A stretch of DNA of 64,000 nt from Bacilli bacterium (GTDB lineage Bacteria; Bacillota_I; Bacilli_A; RFN20; CAG-826), in assembly GCA_045222195.1 (NCBI GenBank), contig JBGUXN010000029.1, positions 742-64,741 on the forward strand. The letters are read 5' to 3'. Positions 62,411-64,000 of the stretch are shown one piece after another. The notes below the pieces were generated by a model. The model had not been told where the DNA came from. It worked only from the letters and a program-made list of their open reading frames with translations, and searched no databases. Numbering within the stretch: position 1 is the stretch's first letter; each line of letters begins with the position of its first letter. The translations under genes were made by a program, and so were the position numbers.

Positions 62411-64000
62411 ATGGCTTTAAAAATCGGCAAAGACTGGATTTTGCGTGGCGCATCGATTTTAACAGCGGGTGTTGTAGTCGCTGGTTTAATCATTGGTGAC
62501 ACCATCGTTAAAAATAACGAAAATAACTTAAATTCAATTCTTTGTCCTCCGATTGTCCATGAAGATTCTTTAGTCGTCTCTAGAGAAACTGGTCAAAAGA
62601 TGGCGGAACAAATTATTGAAGAAGGTGCCGTATTACTTAAAAATAATGGCACACTACCACTTAAAGGAAGTAACGATAAAGTTAATGTCTTTGGTTGGGC
62701 AAGTGTCGACTGGGCATATGGTGCGAATAGCGGCTCTTGTTCAGGTAGAGTCATGGCGGAAGATTCTAAACGTGAATCTTTAGTGGACATCTATGATGCC
62801 TTAAGCGCTTATCAAATTAATTATAATAATGAATTAAAAGACATGTATTTACGCTATGCAAGCCCATATGTATATGCCTTAAAAGATCCAGGTTCTGTTA
62901 ATAACGATAATGTTATTACATTACATGAACCAGAAATTAGTGACTCATCTTATTATTCTGAATCTTTATTAGAAAACGCTTTAGCGTATTCAAATACAGC
63001 GTTAGTTGTTATTACCAGAAACGCTGGTGAAGATATTCCCGCTGATCGAGCGATGAGAAAAGCTGGTAGAAACTATGTCACAGAATCAAATAAGATTTAT
63101 TTAGATTTATCAATTGAAGAAGAACATTTATTAACATATGTTGGTGAAAATTATAAAAACGTTGTCGTTTTAATTAATTCTCCAGCGGCGATGGATTTAT
63201 CTTTCTTAAATACCATTCCAGGCTTAGATGCCGCCCTTCAAGTTGGTTTTACTGGTACACATGGCGCCGCTTCTATTCCTTCTTTACTATATGGCGAAAA
63301 GACTCCATCTGGTCATTTAGTGGACACATATACTTATGATCGAACATTAAGTTTTGCTTATAGAGCGAAAAATGCCGCTTCCTTTAGTGGTTCGGTATTA
63401 AGTGGGAAGAAATTCTTTGAATATATTGAAAATATTTATGTTGGATATCGCTGGTATGAAACCGCTGACGCTACCCACTACTGGGCGGATTATGATCGCA
63501 TCTTATTAGATAGTAACGATAAAGAAGTCTTAGTGAAAGGTTATGATTCAGTGGTTCAATATCCGTTTGGATATGGCTTAAGTTACACAGACTTTGAATA
63601 TAAATTAGAGGATAGTTATTTCACTAAAAACGGAGAAAAGATTGATGATGTTGATGTCGAAGGTGAATATCACATCAAACTTAAAGTCACTAATATTGGT
63701 GAAAGAAAAGGCAAAGATGTTGCGCAAGTCTATTTAGAAGCGCCATATCATAGAGGTCAAATTGAAAAGAGCGCGAAAGCACTTGTGGCTTATGAAAAGA
63801 CGATTGAATTAGAACCAGGCAAGAGTGAAATCTTAGATATTGAAATCCAAATTTCTGATTGCTTATCTTATGACTGCTACGACTTAAATAATAACTCTCA
63901 TACTGGTTATGAATTAGATAAAGGTGAATACAAATTCCATTTAGGTAAAAACTCTCACGTTGATATCGAAATGACTAATTTAGAAAATGAAAAGGTGCCA
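62411..64000 (+). CDS. GH3 beta-glycosidase, partial (N-terminal 530 aa; continues right of the window)
   Basis: Absent from the ORF track because it has no in-window stop. ATG 62411 is preceded by AAGGAG (62395-62400). TM anchor ILTAGVVVAGLIIGDTI. Motifs: AVLLKNNGTLPL, VNVFG, VQYPFGYGLSYTDF (in frame at 63557), KVTNIGERKGKDVAQVY. It is most similar to the partial GH3 at 1..1809. Confidence 0.85.
   Translation, partial: MALKIGKDWILRGASILTAGVVVAGLIIGDTIVKNNENNLNSILCPPIVHEDSLVVSRETGQKMAEQIIEEGAVLLKNNGTLPLKGSNDKVNVFGWASVDWAYGANSGSCSGRVMAEDSKRESLVDIYDALSAYQINYNNELKDMYLRYASPYVYALKDPGSVNNDNVITLHEPEISDSSYYSESLLENALAYSNTALVVITRNAGEDIPADRAMRKAGRNYVTESNKIYLDLSIEEEHLLTYVGENYKNVVVLINSPAAMDLSFLNTIPGLDAALQVGFTGTHGAASIPSLLYGEKTPSGHLVDTYTYDRTLSFAYRAKNAASFSGSVLSGKKFFEYIENIYVGYRWYETADATHYWADYDRILLDSNDKEVLVKGYDSVVQYPFGYGLSYTDFEYKLEDSYFTKNGEKIDDVDVEGEYHIKLKVTNIGERKGKDVAQVYLEAPYHRGQIEKSAKALVAYEKTIELEPGKSEILDIEIQISDCLSYDCYDLNNNSHTGYELDKGEYKFHLGKNSHVDIEMTNLENEKVP

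Noticed and set aside
1-64000. Mycoplasma/Spiroplasma genetic code (TGA = Trp)
   Set aside because: rlmH terminates at a TGA (25860-25862) at the expected protein length (…VYHK). All long ORFs are intact under the standard code, and Trp is encoded by TGG.

Overview
AT-rich 64-kb window from a Firmicutes/Mollicutes-like genome that uses the standard code. TGA is a stop (rlmH ends ATGA) and Trp is TGG. I call 41 CDS, 39 of them on the minus strand, plus one tmRNA and one T-box leader. I saw no rRNA, tRNA, CRISPR array, transposase or prophage genes.

Content from left to right:
(1) 1-22.2 kb is a beta-glycoside locus. It has five GH3 genes, and a sixth GH3 sits at the right window edge. All six show the circularly permuted domain order and all are membrane- or lipid-anchored. 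The locus also holds a CBM-type lipoprotein, an unknown polytopic membrane protein, an AraC regulator and a large Cys-knuckle/CBM-like lipoprotein. The tmRNA gene (13463-13853) is embedded between two GH3 operons.
(2) xylA, followed by a small WGG-repeat protein.
(3) The housekeeping block gdpP-rplI-dnaB-yycJ-like MBL-rlmH.
(4) 31-51 kb is an alpha-glucan (starch) locus: exported mutarotase and SGNH esterase lipoproteins, a GH13 amylase lipoprotein, a pullulanase and a MalEFG/MsmX-type ABC importer. In its middle is a SipW-type signal peptidase flanked by two proteins that carry TasA/camelysin-type SipW-cognate signal peptides.
(5) pepO, a Trp-specific T-box controlling a trpXYZ-like ABC transporter, and an Fe-ADH.
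(6) A second exported CX5R-phosphatase lipoprotein and a Big_2 lipoprotein.

The most interesting candidate for an undescribed system is the sipW-like triad (37873-42147). Its cargo is starch-binding-type modules plus an extracytoplasmic CX5R (Y_phosphatase3-type) phosphatase. I interpret this as a SipW-dependent starch-adhesion/assembly system with a candidate extracellular glucan phosphatase.

All family calls come from reading motifs by eye. No database search was run.
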